Of a DNA stretch of 64,000 nucleotides, positions 28,644 through 40,361 are shown in pieces. The notes beneath the pieces were generated by a model. The model searched no databases and was not told where the DNA came from. It saw only the letters and a list, made by a program, of their open reading frames with translations. A program made the translations under genes and the position numbers. The stretch is from Eutreptiella sp. 'Long Island Sound 2002' (Eukaryota; Protista; Euglenida). The stretch lies in the NCBI GenBank assembly GCA_964036045.1, contig OZ038379.1, forward strand, positions 52,514,001-52,578,000, read 5' to 3'. Position 1 is the first letter of the stretch; every line of letters starts with the position of its first letter.

Positions 28644-29106
28644 TAGGGGTACCATAGTTGCGTAACAGGAGGTCAAACTTTAAAAACCACCGATCCCAAA
28701 CCTGCAAAGCCACCTCGGCCTCCCTTTCGACTTGCGTTGCCCCAATCATCCGCAGCCCCCCCGGCCCGTGTGGTCATTCGATGCGCGCTTGAGGATGGCG
28801 TTGGTTTCACAATGTGGATGCCCGGGGCGGCACTCGCAAGCAAAAAAGACACAACGTCCATACGCGCTTGAGGCGGGGCTAGTCATGCCTTGCAAGCGCA
28901 AAAGAGCAACGTGGGTGCAGCAGGCGCTTCGCACCGAAGCACAGCTCCATGGGCGCTCTTGGCCCAAGCATTGAGGGCACCCCGAGGTGTTCACAAACCT
29001 ATGGGTACACAGCCCCGCACCAGCCGTTGGCCGCGTGGCGCAGCGACTAGGGTCCGTTGTAAAGGAGAACCTACAGGCCACTTTGGGATTGGAGGGTGCA
29101 CACCAT

Positions 29107-29297
29107 TCAAGGATTCACCGTGTGAGGTCCACACTGCTCTACAAGGGGTGCGGTGAATCTTTGGGGGGTGTAGACCCTTCAAGGATCCACTGCATGATGT
29201 CGACACTAGTCTACAAGGTGTGCGGTGAACTCTTGGATGCTTCACACTCTTCAAGGACTCACTACATGAGGTCTACACTAGTCTATAAGGGGTGCGG
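29107..29297 (+). repeat. 72-bp tandem repeat, about 2.7 copies
   Basis: tcaagga.tcac units start at 29107, 29179 and 29251. Confidence 0.9.
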
Positions 29298-29799
29298 CCG
29301 CGCGCCGGCGCGGACCGTCTGTCGCGGCTCCAGCTTGCCCCGCCGACAACAAACGACAAACGTCTAGAGGCCCTGGCGAGGCTGTCGCAAGACCGGGCGG
29401 AGGCCGATGTCTTGCCCCCTCCGCGGCAGCCACGGCGGCAGCAGCTCACACTGGCGTGATAGCCGGATGGCATCGGAACAATGCACGACATGCCCAAGGC
29501 ATAGCCATGTCACTATCCGGCACATTTGTGCGCAAGGAAGTACGCAAGCAATCACCCACACCGAAGCGCGTGGTGCCAGGGGCGGCGGCAATGCGTCAGT
29601 GTCTGCGACCACTGCACCTGTAACAACACCCCCCCCCGCTTTGGGGGTCGGCCACATCGCGTAAGTAGGTTCAAGATGCTGGGGAGGGATGGGGCATTGG
29701 TCGGTGTCCCTCATGAACCCCCTCCTCAGGGGCAATCGCCATGGCTTAAACAGCCAAAGGGTGCCCACGTGATGCATCGGAGGGGGGTGGGTCGGGCAT

Positions 29800-30050
29800 C
29801 CGTGTCCCCAATCCCCTCCACCTTGGCAAAAGTCTTTAGCCGCACCGCAACCTACTACACGTGGGCACGTCAACCGCCGATGGGGGGCATTCAAGCCCAC
29901 CCTCCCCACCACCTCCACACTGGACCCACCACCATGTGTGGCAAAGGTAAAAGAAGTGGTGCTGGCTGTAGGCATACTACGGCATACTTGTGGCAAGCGA
30001 CAAGGGGTCACCGGCAATGAATCCCCCCCCTACCCCCCCCTAGGCGCTAA
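29800..30050 (+). mobile_element. Possible LINE RNase H C-terminal relic
   Basis: VAKVKEVV...GVTGNE resembles the KVKxH...GNxxAD segment; degenerate. Confidence 0.3.
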
Positions 30051-31708
30051 CTTGCAGGATCAAAGAGGGTGGGGTGGGGTTGCCCTATGCATACCCTGTG
30101 CGAGGCAAATAGAGCCCCTGCATGCAAGTCATCCCGGCTGCCCGAGGGGGGAGGGTGGGCTATGGTTGCTTAAGGCACGACCATGGATACCCTTGGCTGG
30201 TGTCCACATGGGGAGGGGGGGTGCGCGACAAGGCACTCAGTCTTGGTATGGGTGGACTATGTGCCCCTTGCACGCCTTGGAAGACGGGGGCAACAGGGAG
30301 ATGGCCGTACAAACACTATGGGCCAAACAAAGCAGGTGTACAATTCATGAGGGGTTGTGGTTCCTATGTGTCTTGGACGCTCTCAAGTCACAGAAGGGCC
30401 TGTGAGTTAGGGTTAGAGTGACATGAGCCCCAACCTATGGGACTCCCCCTACGTGTTTGCGCAGTGCACAAGAACGACAAAGTCGCCAACGTCGTGCATC
30501 TTCTTCTTTTGCCCAAGTATGCCCCCGGCGCGTGTTACAAGTGCGCCTTGCGAACGCACGGATGGCGCTTGATTCATCTAGTAGCAAGGAAAGGCGTTGG
30601 GAGCCAAGCTCTATGATATTTCACGCGCGAGACTGAGCTACGTAGGCCGTGCCCTCGGGCCTCTTGGTTCGCATCCGTGAGTGGCACTCATTGTGCCTCC
30701 TCATAGGCGCAACCTTCACTGGCGCCATACAGCTTGGTGCACTTGCGTCGCAAGTTTTTGGTCGCTGTCATCATCATTGGAGTTGACGACGACGACAACC
30801 ACAATAACACCACCGTTGACAACATCTCCACGGTCGCCTCCACCGACCTTGCAGCTACTATAGTGTCTACCAAGCAAGCACCCATGCCCGCGGTGGCCGC
30901 GGCCATTGCCAAGGCTGTTGAGCCCCATCACGCCGCTGCGCCAGCCATGGCTGGTGTCGAAAACATACCAGCCGCCGGGACGTTGTTCCCACCGGCGCCT
31001 AGGGTGCTCGGTGTGGCGGCAAATCTCTTCTCACCGATGAGCAACGACACAATGCAGCTCTAAACTTAGACCAGCTAACTGCCCACCCCCCTACCCACAG
31101 GCTGGGCTCCACGGGGCCATCTTGTACCCCCCCCCAAAAAAAACACGGTATGAATTTTGCACCTGGGGGACCCCTTGCTCTTGAGAGGAAAAAATGAGTA
31201 TCTCTATTTACCTAAAATGCCATTGTCATGTAACCACATCGTAGTTGTTAAAACACAATAAGCATGTATGCACACTGGAAAAGCAGAGGAAGAATGCATG
31301 TTTCAGCAATACAACAAACCTTTCAGTGTTACACACAAATGTATCAACTTGCGAAGCAATGCAGTGTAAGAAGTAGGGCAGCACACACTTGGCAAGGGTT
31401 GCTGCACCCTGTGTGTGCCCAAAAAATTGTCAATTGACAGCCACTCAAATTCATGCATGATAATGAAGGTCTCTATTTGCAATTAATGGGACCTCTGGGC
31501 GAAATTTAGTCCAGCTTTGCAAAAATGTAAAAACGAACCGTGTATTCCAATGAATACTTGAACCTGGGCGAAATTTCTTCCAGCTTTAGTAAAACACCAA
31601 AAAACAGTGCTCAAGACGTCAATGGTATCTGCAGAGACATCGCACCCATTGTGACGTGTAACAGGGAAAACATACAACACAGCACTAACAGCACACACCA
31701 CTGTCACT

Positions 31709-32731
31709 CTATCGCCGCTTCCGGAGGCCAGGTGCCTTTGGTTTGGCACCCTTACCAGGAAACTGCCCACCATTTGCCTGTCCTGCTTGGTCACCAGACA
31801 TCTCACTGTTAGCGCTACCAGTGGCACCACGTGCATTCTGTGTCTGCTGGGACGGTGTGAAGTGGGCTGCAAACGTGCCTAGCGCCTTGTTGGGTGGAGG
31901 CTTTGCACCACGCTTGGGGCTGTGCTGTGAGGGGCTTGCTCTAGCCTTTGATTTTTTAGCCTTGGCGGGGTGGCCGTCTGCTTGCTTGCCGGTTGCCTTT
32001 TGGGGGGGGGGGGGGCGCTTCTGGGATTCACCGTCCTCTTCCTCTGGTTGGGTGGCCTCCTCTTCTTGCTCTACATACCTCCTTCCCGTACAATCTACTA
32101 GAAACCCATCAGCACGGTCTTCACACACTCGGTCCCACTGAATTGGTGCCACAGTGTCGCAGTTCGACACAGCAGCCCTCAAATCAGTAACAAATGACTC
32201 AGGAATAGACCTCTCCTCAGACAGGTATGCAACTGCAATGTTAACAGGAAACATGCTCTGAATGGACAGGGCTGTAGAAAAATCTGGCTGCTGTGTGCAC
32301 ACTATTACCCATGTACTATTCTGCTGAATCAAATCCAAATCATATAGCAAATAACAGAACCCTTCGACAGGAATGGCAGCCGTCAGTGGGCCCTGGATAT
32401 AAGACAGGTGTCGAGGTAGGCGTGCCGAAAACTGATGCACACTACACAGTGCAAGAGCAGTCTGTCCCATGCTGTACAATGCTGATGGTTTGGACAGGTT
32501 GTACACACAGTCATCAGCATGGAAAAATTCCTCAGCACAGGCAGCTTTCAGGTTGCTAACACAGGCCCGAACATCAGCAGTCTCATCAGTGACTAACACC
32601 AAAATACCATTCAACACAAATTGTGCCACAATATTGTGCAGTGCCAACGTCCACATACGTGGGACCTCAATCAGGATGCAAACAAATGGCATTGCCATAA
32701 TAAAGCTGGGAACAGGGCAGCCTGCCCACAA
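31709..32731 (-). CDS. Uninterrupted 340-codon ORF of unknown function (possible host exon)
   Basis: No stops over about 1 kb; globular-looking N-terminal part and acidic then K/P-rich tail; pyrimidine-rich CAG acceptor candidate at 32707-32706. Confidence 0.5.
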   Translation of the reverse strand: MWAGCPVPSFIMAMPFVCILIEVPRMWTLALHNIVAQFVLNGILVLVTDETADVRACVSNLKAACAEEFFHADDCVYNLSKPSALYSMGQTALALCSVHQFSARLPRHLSYIQGPLTAAIPVEGFCYLLYDLDLIQQNSTWVIVCTQQPDFSTALSIQSMFPVNIAVAYLSEERSIPESFVTDLRAAVSNCDTVAPIQWDRVCEDRADGFLVDCTGRRYVEQEEEATQPEEEDGESQKRPPPPQKATGKQADGHPAKAKKSKARASPSQHSPKRGAKPPPNKALGTFAAHFTPSQQTQNARGATGSANSEMSGDQAGQANGGQFPGKGAKPKAPGLRKRR

Positions 32732-33319
32732 AGGGAGTAGCTAAACTCTACCGCTGCCGCAGCCACGCCGATTGGGGCTGCGCCCCTGCTTCAGCAAACC
32801 CACCCATTGATGCTGGGCCTCTGGTGCTGCAACAGCACCTACTGAGGCTGTGCGCCTGCAGCCGGAGCCGCGCCAGTTAGGGATCCAGTTAGGGCTTGGC
32901 CCCTCCTGTTGCAGCTACGCCGATTGGGGCTTGGCCCGTGCTGCTGCTCCCGCACCGATTGGGGCTGGGGCCCTGCTGCTACAGCCACCCCTTGACGATG
33001 GTCCCCTGCAACCGCAGCCATGCCGAATGCGGCTAGCCCCCTGCTGCTGAAGCATACCAGCACCGTGCGGTGCCCGAGCCAGCCGTCGGTGGCACCCTCC
33101 CTTGATGGTGAGCACCGTGTGGTGCCCGGGTACAAGCACTGGGGAGCGGAGCCCAAGGAGGCCTCAGGCATGGGGGGGGGGGGGAGCTGTGTGGGGGAGA
33201 CGAGAGCAACGCGACGGAGGTTGCGCCCGCCGCCGATGGACTTTGTGCCCGCCGCGGTGTGGCGCCGTTCAGCCCAGCCCGGCCGGGGCAGCCGTATCCG
33301 GTGTGTCATGTGGAGTCGG

Positions 33320-33988
33320 CTAGAGGGACCGCAGACACTCGACACCAAACGTTCCCCGGCGGGGGGCGTGCCACCTAGCCTTAGCGGAGGTTGTGCCAGC
33401 AGGGCACTCGGCAATGCCCAACTCCAGACCCGACTCACTTGCTTGCGAAACCACCCTATGAGACCGCCTGCGAGATGGCACCACGAAGCGTGAGCCCGCT
33501 GTCGCAATTGGTCCGTGTAGTTGGCGAGGGCTGGTGGTGTACCACTCCTCCCCACATTTGGAGTTCCAAAGCTGCATAGCCCCCGAAAGCTTGATGTGTG
33601 CCACGCGGATAGTCGCCACGTCCGCATCTTGCAGGGAGCGAACCAAGGCGAGGGTTGCAAGAGCTCTGAGGAGTGACCCATACCTCGAGTTGGTGGCGTT
33701 CTCCACGACGATGACCTGCCCCGCCGAGGGAAGGTACGGCTGGGGTCCATTGGACGCCACCCCCGTAGCGATCCTTTTGTGAAGTGTGGTGACAGCCGGC
33801 GGAATCCATTCAAAGTCCTCAACGGCACAGACGGCCGATGTAATGGCCCAGCAATTGCCGCCATGCGGGCGTGTTCCGCCAAGATTCCTGCCAGTGCTTC
33901 TGCGACAGTAAACAGGCTCATTTGAGCGGCGTAGGACGCCATCGCCCATAGCCTGGAGCCGTATTGGGCCCCGGTGCGAGGACGACAC
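33320..33988 (-). pseudogene. Possible papain-fold cysteine protease relic
   Basis: RNLGGTRPHGGNCWAITSAVCAV resembles a Cys-box and AHIKLSG...GEEWYT a His-box region; weak. Confidence 0.25.
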
Positions 33989-35039
33989 GACATGATGCGA
34001 CTTTCAACTGGTGTACATGGCTCATTGACGCTAGACGCTCTAGCCTAGCGTTTGGCGAAGTCCGCGAGTAGCATGGTTCCGTTGCCACGCCCCCCCCCCT
34101 GGGGCCTCGAATCTGGAGGGTCCTCCCGTCAGGACCAGTGGGGGCACTAAAAGCGTCAGTGGCGCTCCCCAAGAAAGCCAAGCTAGGTGTAGCGCTGGCA
34201 GTCCCCGCTGGCCAAGGAGTCAACAGGGATCCACTCCCCTTGGCACCCTTGCAAATGCATCTCGCCCCCACCACCCTGAACTTAACTCTTCTTCGCACAA
34301 AGCTCAAGGGGTTCTTTGACGTCCCATAGCGTGGTGTGCGGCTGGTCGGCTTGCTTGGCACTTCCGGCCGATCCCGCATACCTTCTGACGTATGCTGATT
34401 AGGACTGATTGACGCAATCCCAAGTGCGCAACGCCAAATGCTCCCCTGGGTCCATCATGTCGTTAACGATGTGGCCCTTGAACTAGACCGACCGGGGAAC
34501 CTGGCCGACTTCCCAGCCCTCCTCTTGAGGTAGTATTTCATATTTGAGAGGATAAGCCGCAGTCACTGGGTCAGCTTGGGGCGCTCGAGGGCCTTGTTCA
34601 ACTTTGGCACGGATGGGGGAGGGAGTGTTAGACCTTCCTTCACGGACGCCCGGGCGATCGGCTCTCGTAGTTGTTGAGTTGCTCTAGCTTGCTCTACGTA
34701 TCGTGCCTCGGCGGAACCGTCAGGCTGATTTGACTATCGACTGGGTTGCATTTCGTGCCTATCCATGGCACTGATTATGAAAAGAAACCCGGGTAAGTAT
34801 GGAGGCGCAAACAAAAAATGAGGCGAGGCTCAACTAGTGTTTTCACCTAATGGTTCCCAACTGTTGAACAATTGGTTCCTAGCCCGACGTGTGCGCAATC
34901 GCTCAACCATTTCTTCCTATCCCCATATGTGTTGAATGATAGCATCCCAACGCTACCATACACCGTGCAAAATTCAACACGAACAAGAGGAATGTATTCT
35001 TTCATCAAATGTAGCGACCTATCGGTCAACCACTTGAAT

Positions 35040-36040
35040 GCTCCATCGCCCGTGGCACGGCTAATAACAAACTCCGGACAACAGGTACAACCCTAGGAAG
35101 TGCACCTTGACATGTTCCATGAGCTTACCCTTCACCCCTCTTAGGTTCAAATAATGCTCCCGCAAAAGGTCTCGAACTAAACAATTAGTCCACTCATGAA
35201 TCTTGGCCCACTCCATTGCTTGCAACACCGCCTCATCCACATGAGACACGAACACCAACTACGAAGCCAGGTGAGAGGAGGTAGAGGATGTAGCTCGGGT
35301 CTCGGGAGAAGAGAGGGCTAGTTGATCATGAAGGTCAAAAGCAGAGCCATTGGCAACTTCACCCGCCCGGGCCAAATCCTCATCGTCCCCAAACTCGTTA
35401 TCATCCACCACCCTAACACAATACACATCCCGAATATCGGTGTGACAAGATGCCTCCGGGAGACAACACAAAAAATCTTGAACATTCAAAAGAACCTTTG
35501 CCTATGCACACCGTTCCAAAGAAAATCGGAAAGCCTTGAAAGAAACCAACGCAACCACACCACCTTCCTCGCCCTGAATCACATGCCCTTGCTTCGTCTT
35601 CCATGGGCGAAAGAGTGTCTTCCGGAGCTCATGAAACACCTCAAACGGCGCCCGGTCGTGTGGTGCTTCCCCATTAAACCTCACCTGGAATGCCTCACAC
35701 AGGCTTTCCGTGCTATAACCAAAATCGGTGGCCGTCATGTAGCTGAAAACTCTCTCACACGAGCACGCCGTTGCGTCAACCAACTAGAACATTACCAACC
35801 TAAGTGTGTGCACGTGTTCAATGGCAGTGCGAAGAAATTTTTTCCGGCTCCCCTTGATGGTGTTGATCACTACCTCAACAACCAACAATTCCTCCCACCC
35901 GCGTGGAAAGACCACAAAAGAGCACTAAAGCAGACTTGGCAACATAACAGCTGCCTTCTCGTTGGGCCAAAAGAACGTGCAATTGCTTCGCTATGGCTAC
36001 GTTCTTGGGCACAAAAGGGGATAAGATTAGAAGTGGCTAC
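35040..36040 (-). mobile_element. hAT transposase C-terminal relic with SAP-like tail
   Basis: ATACSCERVFSYM (hAT dimerisation domain), an acidic linker, then EWTNCLVRDLLREHYLNLRGVKGKLMEHVKVHF. Confidence 0.7.
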
Positions 36041-36399
36041 ATAGCCCTTGCCTTCTCGGCGACCTAGGAGAGGCTGGAATTGCTGTGTTACCCTTACGTT
36101 CTCGGGCGTCCCCAAAAGGGGGGACAAAAATGACCTGCGTCCGGCCATTGGATGTAACCCCCTAGGGGAGGTCCTTAAGGGTGGTCCTTAACAAAAAAAA
36201 ATCTGGCCCCCAAATGACCAAGTGCCTAACAATGAAGCAACCCATGCACCACATGTAGCTAAAAAGCACACCGGCGCTGTGATCTAGGGGAATCAGATAT
36301 GTATGGATAGCAAAATGCATCTTGCCCTTAGGGGGGTTTCGGTGTTGCGGCGCAAATGGTGCCTCTGTTTTGCCTACCCGACGGCTATTCTCTTCAAAA

Positions 36400-37775
36400 A
36401 GCGGAAGCTGGAGCAGCACTACCGCCACTTTTGGACATGACGACCGAGACACCCACGCTGGGCCCAGCGGGATTACTTATTATTAGACTGTTCCCTGCTT
36501 CCCCACCCGGACGAGACACCGCCGCGCGCCTATGAGCGGTTGCCGTGCAAGCCGGTGGCGAGGGGCCACCAAGAATGAGATACACCACCCGCTACCGCAA
36601 TCGCCCGGGAAAACTCTTGTGCGGGACTGTGGGCATGGGCGACACGCGGGCCCTCTAGGCAGGGCTACAGCCGGCCACACTGAGAATGGACGACGGCTGC
36701 CAAATACATGAGCGCCCAAATCGCCACCCCGATAGAGCCCGTTTCATTGTCCGCGCCAAAACAAGCATGGCCGTGGCGGCCCACCTGGAGCCGATTGCGC
36801 GAAAGCCACGAAACCGTGGACTTCTCGGCTCAGGCACAACCTTGGTAACAACGGCTAGTGCTCCTGGGTAAACGAGTGTGTGAGCTTTCATATATGCAGA
36901 AGCGCACAACGCAAGACGCGCCCGTAGTGTGCGACTGAGGGCATCCACCTCGTGTGCCATGCATGTCCCCCTTCAACTACGGGGAGAGGTTGCACCACTT
37001 GAGGAGCTCCGGGATGCTAGGGAGGGATGGGCAACTATTGGACTGTGCAGCATGGCCCCCTGCGGGGAATCGCCTTGGTATCCTCAGGGAGCAGGCCAAG
37101 CAACACCTTTGAGGAAGGGGGGGTGGGTGGACGCACCAGCCCGACCTACCTCTATGCTGGTTGCCATCTCATTCGCGTTGCAAGCCAAAGAGCTGCCCAA
37201 CAGCCACTTGGGGGCCTCTCTACCCCCCCCCCCCCACCCTCATCTCGAGCAGCCCCGCTGCCTTTGGCGCAAGGCATGAAAGGTGCCACGGCAGGCTTTG
37301 GAATACAGAGGCAAACCAACGGCGAGCGAAAAGTGATGACCAACAACCACCGCCCACCCCTTGCTCGCCCCCCCCCCCCCCACGGCGAAGTAGCCGACAT
37401 CTAAGAGAGTTGGGCAACAGCACCCCCTGCAAACCGTGTGCGACGCGCACGGACCGCCCGCATGAAACTGATGTTGTGGCCAATCGCTCGTGCATCGGCA
37501 CACCCTTGGCTGGTGGCCGTGGGGGAGGATAAGGGCAGCGCATGCTATTTGGGACCAGTGGCCCTGCCCCGGCACCCCCGGGCGGGGAAGGCAAAGGGAA
37601 GAGCTCGAAGGGGCGAGTGCCTCATCGACGTCCACACGGCGCTCTAGGAGCCCCGAGCCGGGGCCATTGGAGGGCAGAAGAGAGTCCACCTAACCTAGGC
37701 GACCTTGTCCCTTAATCACGCCGGGTCCACATATAGGGGAATCCTAAGGGCTAGGGCTAAGGCAACCCCTAAGCG
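36400..37775 (+). mobile_element. Family C unit (DYLLLD motif; ends in junction block)
   Basis: DYLLLDCSLLPHPDETPPRAYERLPC at 36471-36548; 37560-37775 is homologous to 44830-45000. Confidence 0.65.
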
Positions 37776-40361
37776 TGAGCCACAGGGCCTTCCCTAACCT
37801 AAGAGCATACGGAGAAGAAACACCCACGTGCCCTCGTCAACAGAAAAGGCACTCGCTAAACCCATGTATCGCACGGAGCTAGCTGCGGTGGAAGAGGAGG
37901 GCCTGTATGGGCCGCAACCATGCGGCCATGCGGGCAATGTGGTGCCCCTGGCCCGTCTCCAATGTGAGAGAGGTGCTCCAGGTTGTGCTAGAACTCGGGA
38001 AACGAGTCTCGCCGGCGTGGCAACTGTAGTCCGTGCAGTGACTGCGGTTAGTGCGTCAAATGCGCACGCTGGGGGGGGGGGGGGGCTGCTAGTGCAAATG
38101 GTTACGTAGGAAACGGCCCGGCCACCCAAAACAACGTCCAGGCAATCCGTCTGGTAGCTGACGTGGGAGCTTCGGCAATGCTCATGGGTATGGCGGGGGC
38201 CAAGCAAACCAAGCAGCTACACCTCATGCTAGAGGTCCAAAGAGCCTGTGCGACCGCTTGCGAGAGTTGAAGCCGTATACGGTGCCGGTCACACTACAAA
38301 TGCGGCGTCTAGGGAGGTATGTCCACTGAGGGGCCATACATAGAAATGGAGGTGCGCTCTTCTGGAGTCTCATGGTGGGCTATCCATGATTGCAATTGGG
38401 CGTGGCTTCGCTGCCTAGGGGGCCGCTGCTCGTGCCCCGTGTACGGACGCTGCCCGGATGGCATCGGCAGCCCCCCTCCATGGAGTCCATTGTGCGCTAC
38501 GAAGAAAGCCTCGCGTGGTTTTGGTGATACGAGCGTCTTAGGAACCTAGAGTGGGCCCTAAACTTTGTGACTCAGGCGGGCAGCTCGCTTCTGGCACCGG
38601 GGAAGCACTGGTTGCTGGGGTCATGTTGCCAATGTGAACCAAGGGACATGTGTTGAAACGTTGGATCGACTGCAGCCCCACATGCACTCGGAAGACCAGC
38701 TTCAAGAGAAGGAGGTGTGGATAGCGACAATCCCTCTTGCCTCTAAGGGGGGGGGGGCAGGGGTTGGTGTGTGGGGCACACCAAGGACCCATGCCACCGC
38801 GGACCCATGCTTCGCACGCCCAGGGGCATTGCTCCTCCAAATGCGGTAGTTGGAGGACCACCAACGCCTGCTTTGGACCCAACACCTGGCGCACAAGGCC
38901 ATGGACCACCACGATTATTTCTTGCTGGATTACTACCCACATGGCGACCCTGGCACGGCGGTGATGCGGCCGCAGGAATGCCCGCCGTGCAGTAAGTGCG
39001 TAAGCACCTACGAGAGGGGAGGGGAAGTTTCCTGGGGGGCGGGTCGAGGGGACTAGTTGCGCATGGTGCTCCGTGTCAAGGTGGCAGGGCACGGAGCATT
39101 GTTGCCAACGGGCCCAAGCGGATAGCGCATGGATGCGGTGAAGCTGCGCCGGTTGGCGTACGCCTTTCGCACGTGGATGCAACACGCCCGGCCTAGGACA
39201 GAAGCAACCACCGGAGTTTCCGGCAGCATGCCACCAGACCGGGCAGAGGCTCGAGCACACCGTGCACAGGGCGCCAACACTGTGAGTGTGCATGTCCGCC
39301 GCATGTACCACCACTCGTGTTCCCGCCCCCCACCACCACCACCCCCGCCGCTCTGAGGACGCGGCACACGGCTCCAGGATGCTAAGGAGGCATGGGCAAT
39401 TGCTAGGCGGCCCTCCCCCCCTCCCCATGGAAAATCACAACGGTTGGGATAGGGAACTAGGAGACAAGAGATACCTTGGAGTGGTGGGGGGTCTGCCGCT
39501 CACGTGCCCCACGCCCCACTACATTTGCGGCACCTTTTGGTCGCATCTCAATGGACCTAACGGCAGCGCATCAAGTGTCGTGCGACTCCTCTAGCCTAGC
39601 AACACTATCCCCACCCCCATCCGCGGTAACACTAGAGGAGGCGGTCTCGGGTATGGACATGTTGAGGCAGGCTAATGGCAAGCCGGAATGGACCGCCAGC
39701 AGCCACTCACCCCAAACCCCTCCCCCCCCTGAAGGCGCAAAGGGCTGATTTGAAGAGGGTGGGGGAACGGCGCTCCATGAAGACCCTGTGCGGCGCACTG
39801 AGCCCGCGCATGCAAGTCATGCGGGGGTACCAGGGGATGCGGCATTGCTACTCCTAGCACCATGACGAACATCGTGGGCCAGCGTCCACGGAAGGGGTTG
39901 CGCGACAGCACACAGTCTTTGGTGCGTGGCATCAAGCGCCACTGAGCCTAGCTTGTACCCTTGGTACACACTAGAAGACCCAATTTCGTTCTAGCCTAGA
40001 ACTTCTAGCCTACTGGAGTGGTAGAATAGGTACAACACAAAAAACAAATTATCACAGTGGGTTGGGGGGTGCATGGCACATACACTCATAGCAACCGACA
40101 CACTTGACGCATGCATACGCATATGCTACTCCCCCCCACGCGCACACACAGTTTTACATAGGCATATGCACAGCACAACACATGACACAATATGTCGAGA
40201 GTTTTTTTGAGAGTGCATTTGAAAAGTGGCTGCGCCATGGACACACATTGACAGGTATGTGTGTTACTCCTTCCCTCCTCCCTGCTGTGTGTGCCTGTGG
40301 TGTTGTATAGGTGACGCCTTCCCACCATCCCTCCTCCCTTGCCACCCCCCCCCCTTGGGAC

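Noticed and set aside
31094-32728. CAGGCTG/CAGCCTG inverted repeat with CCCA flanks around the orphan ORF
   Set aside because: Only 7 bp; expected by chance.
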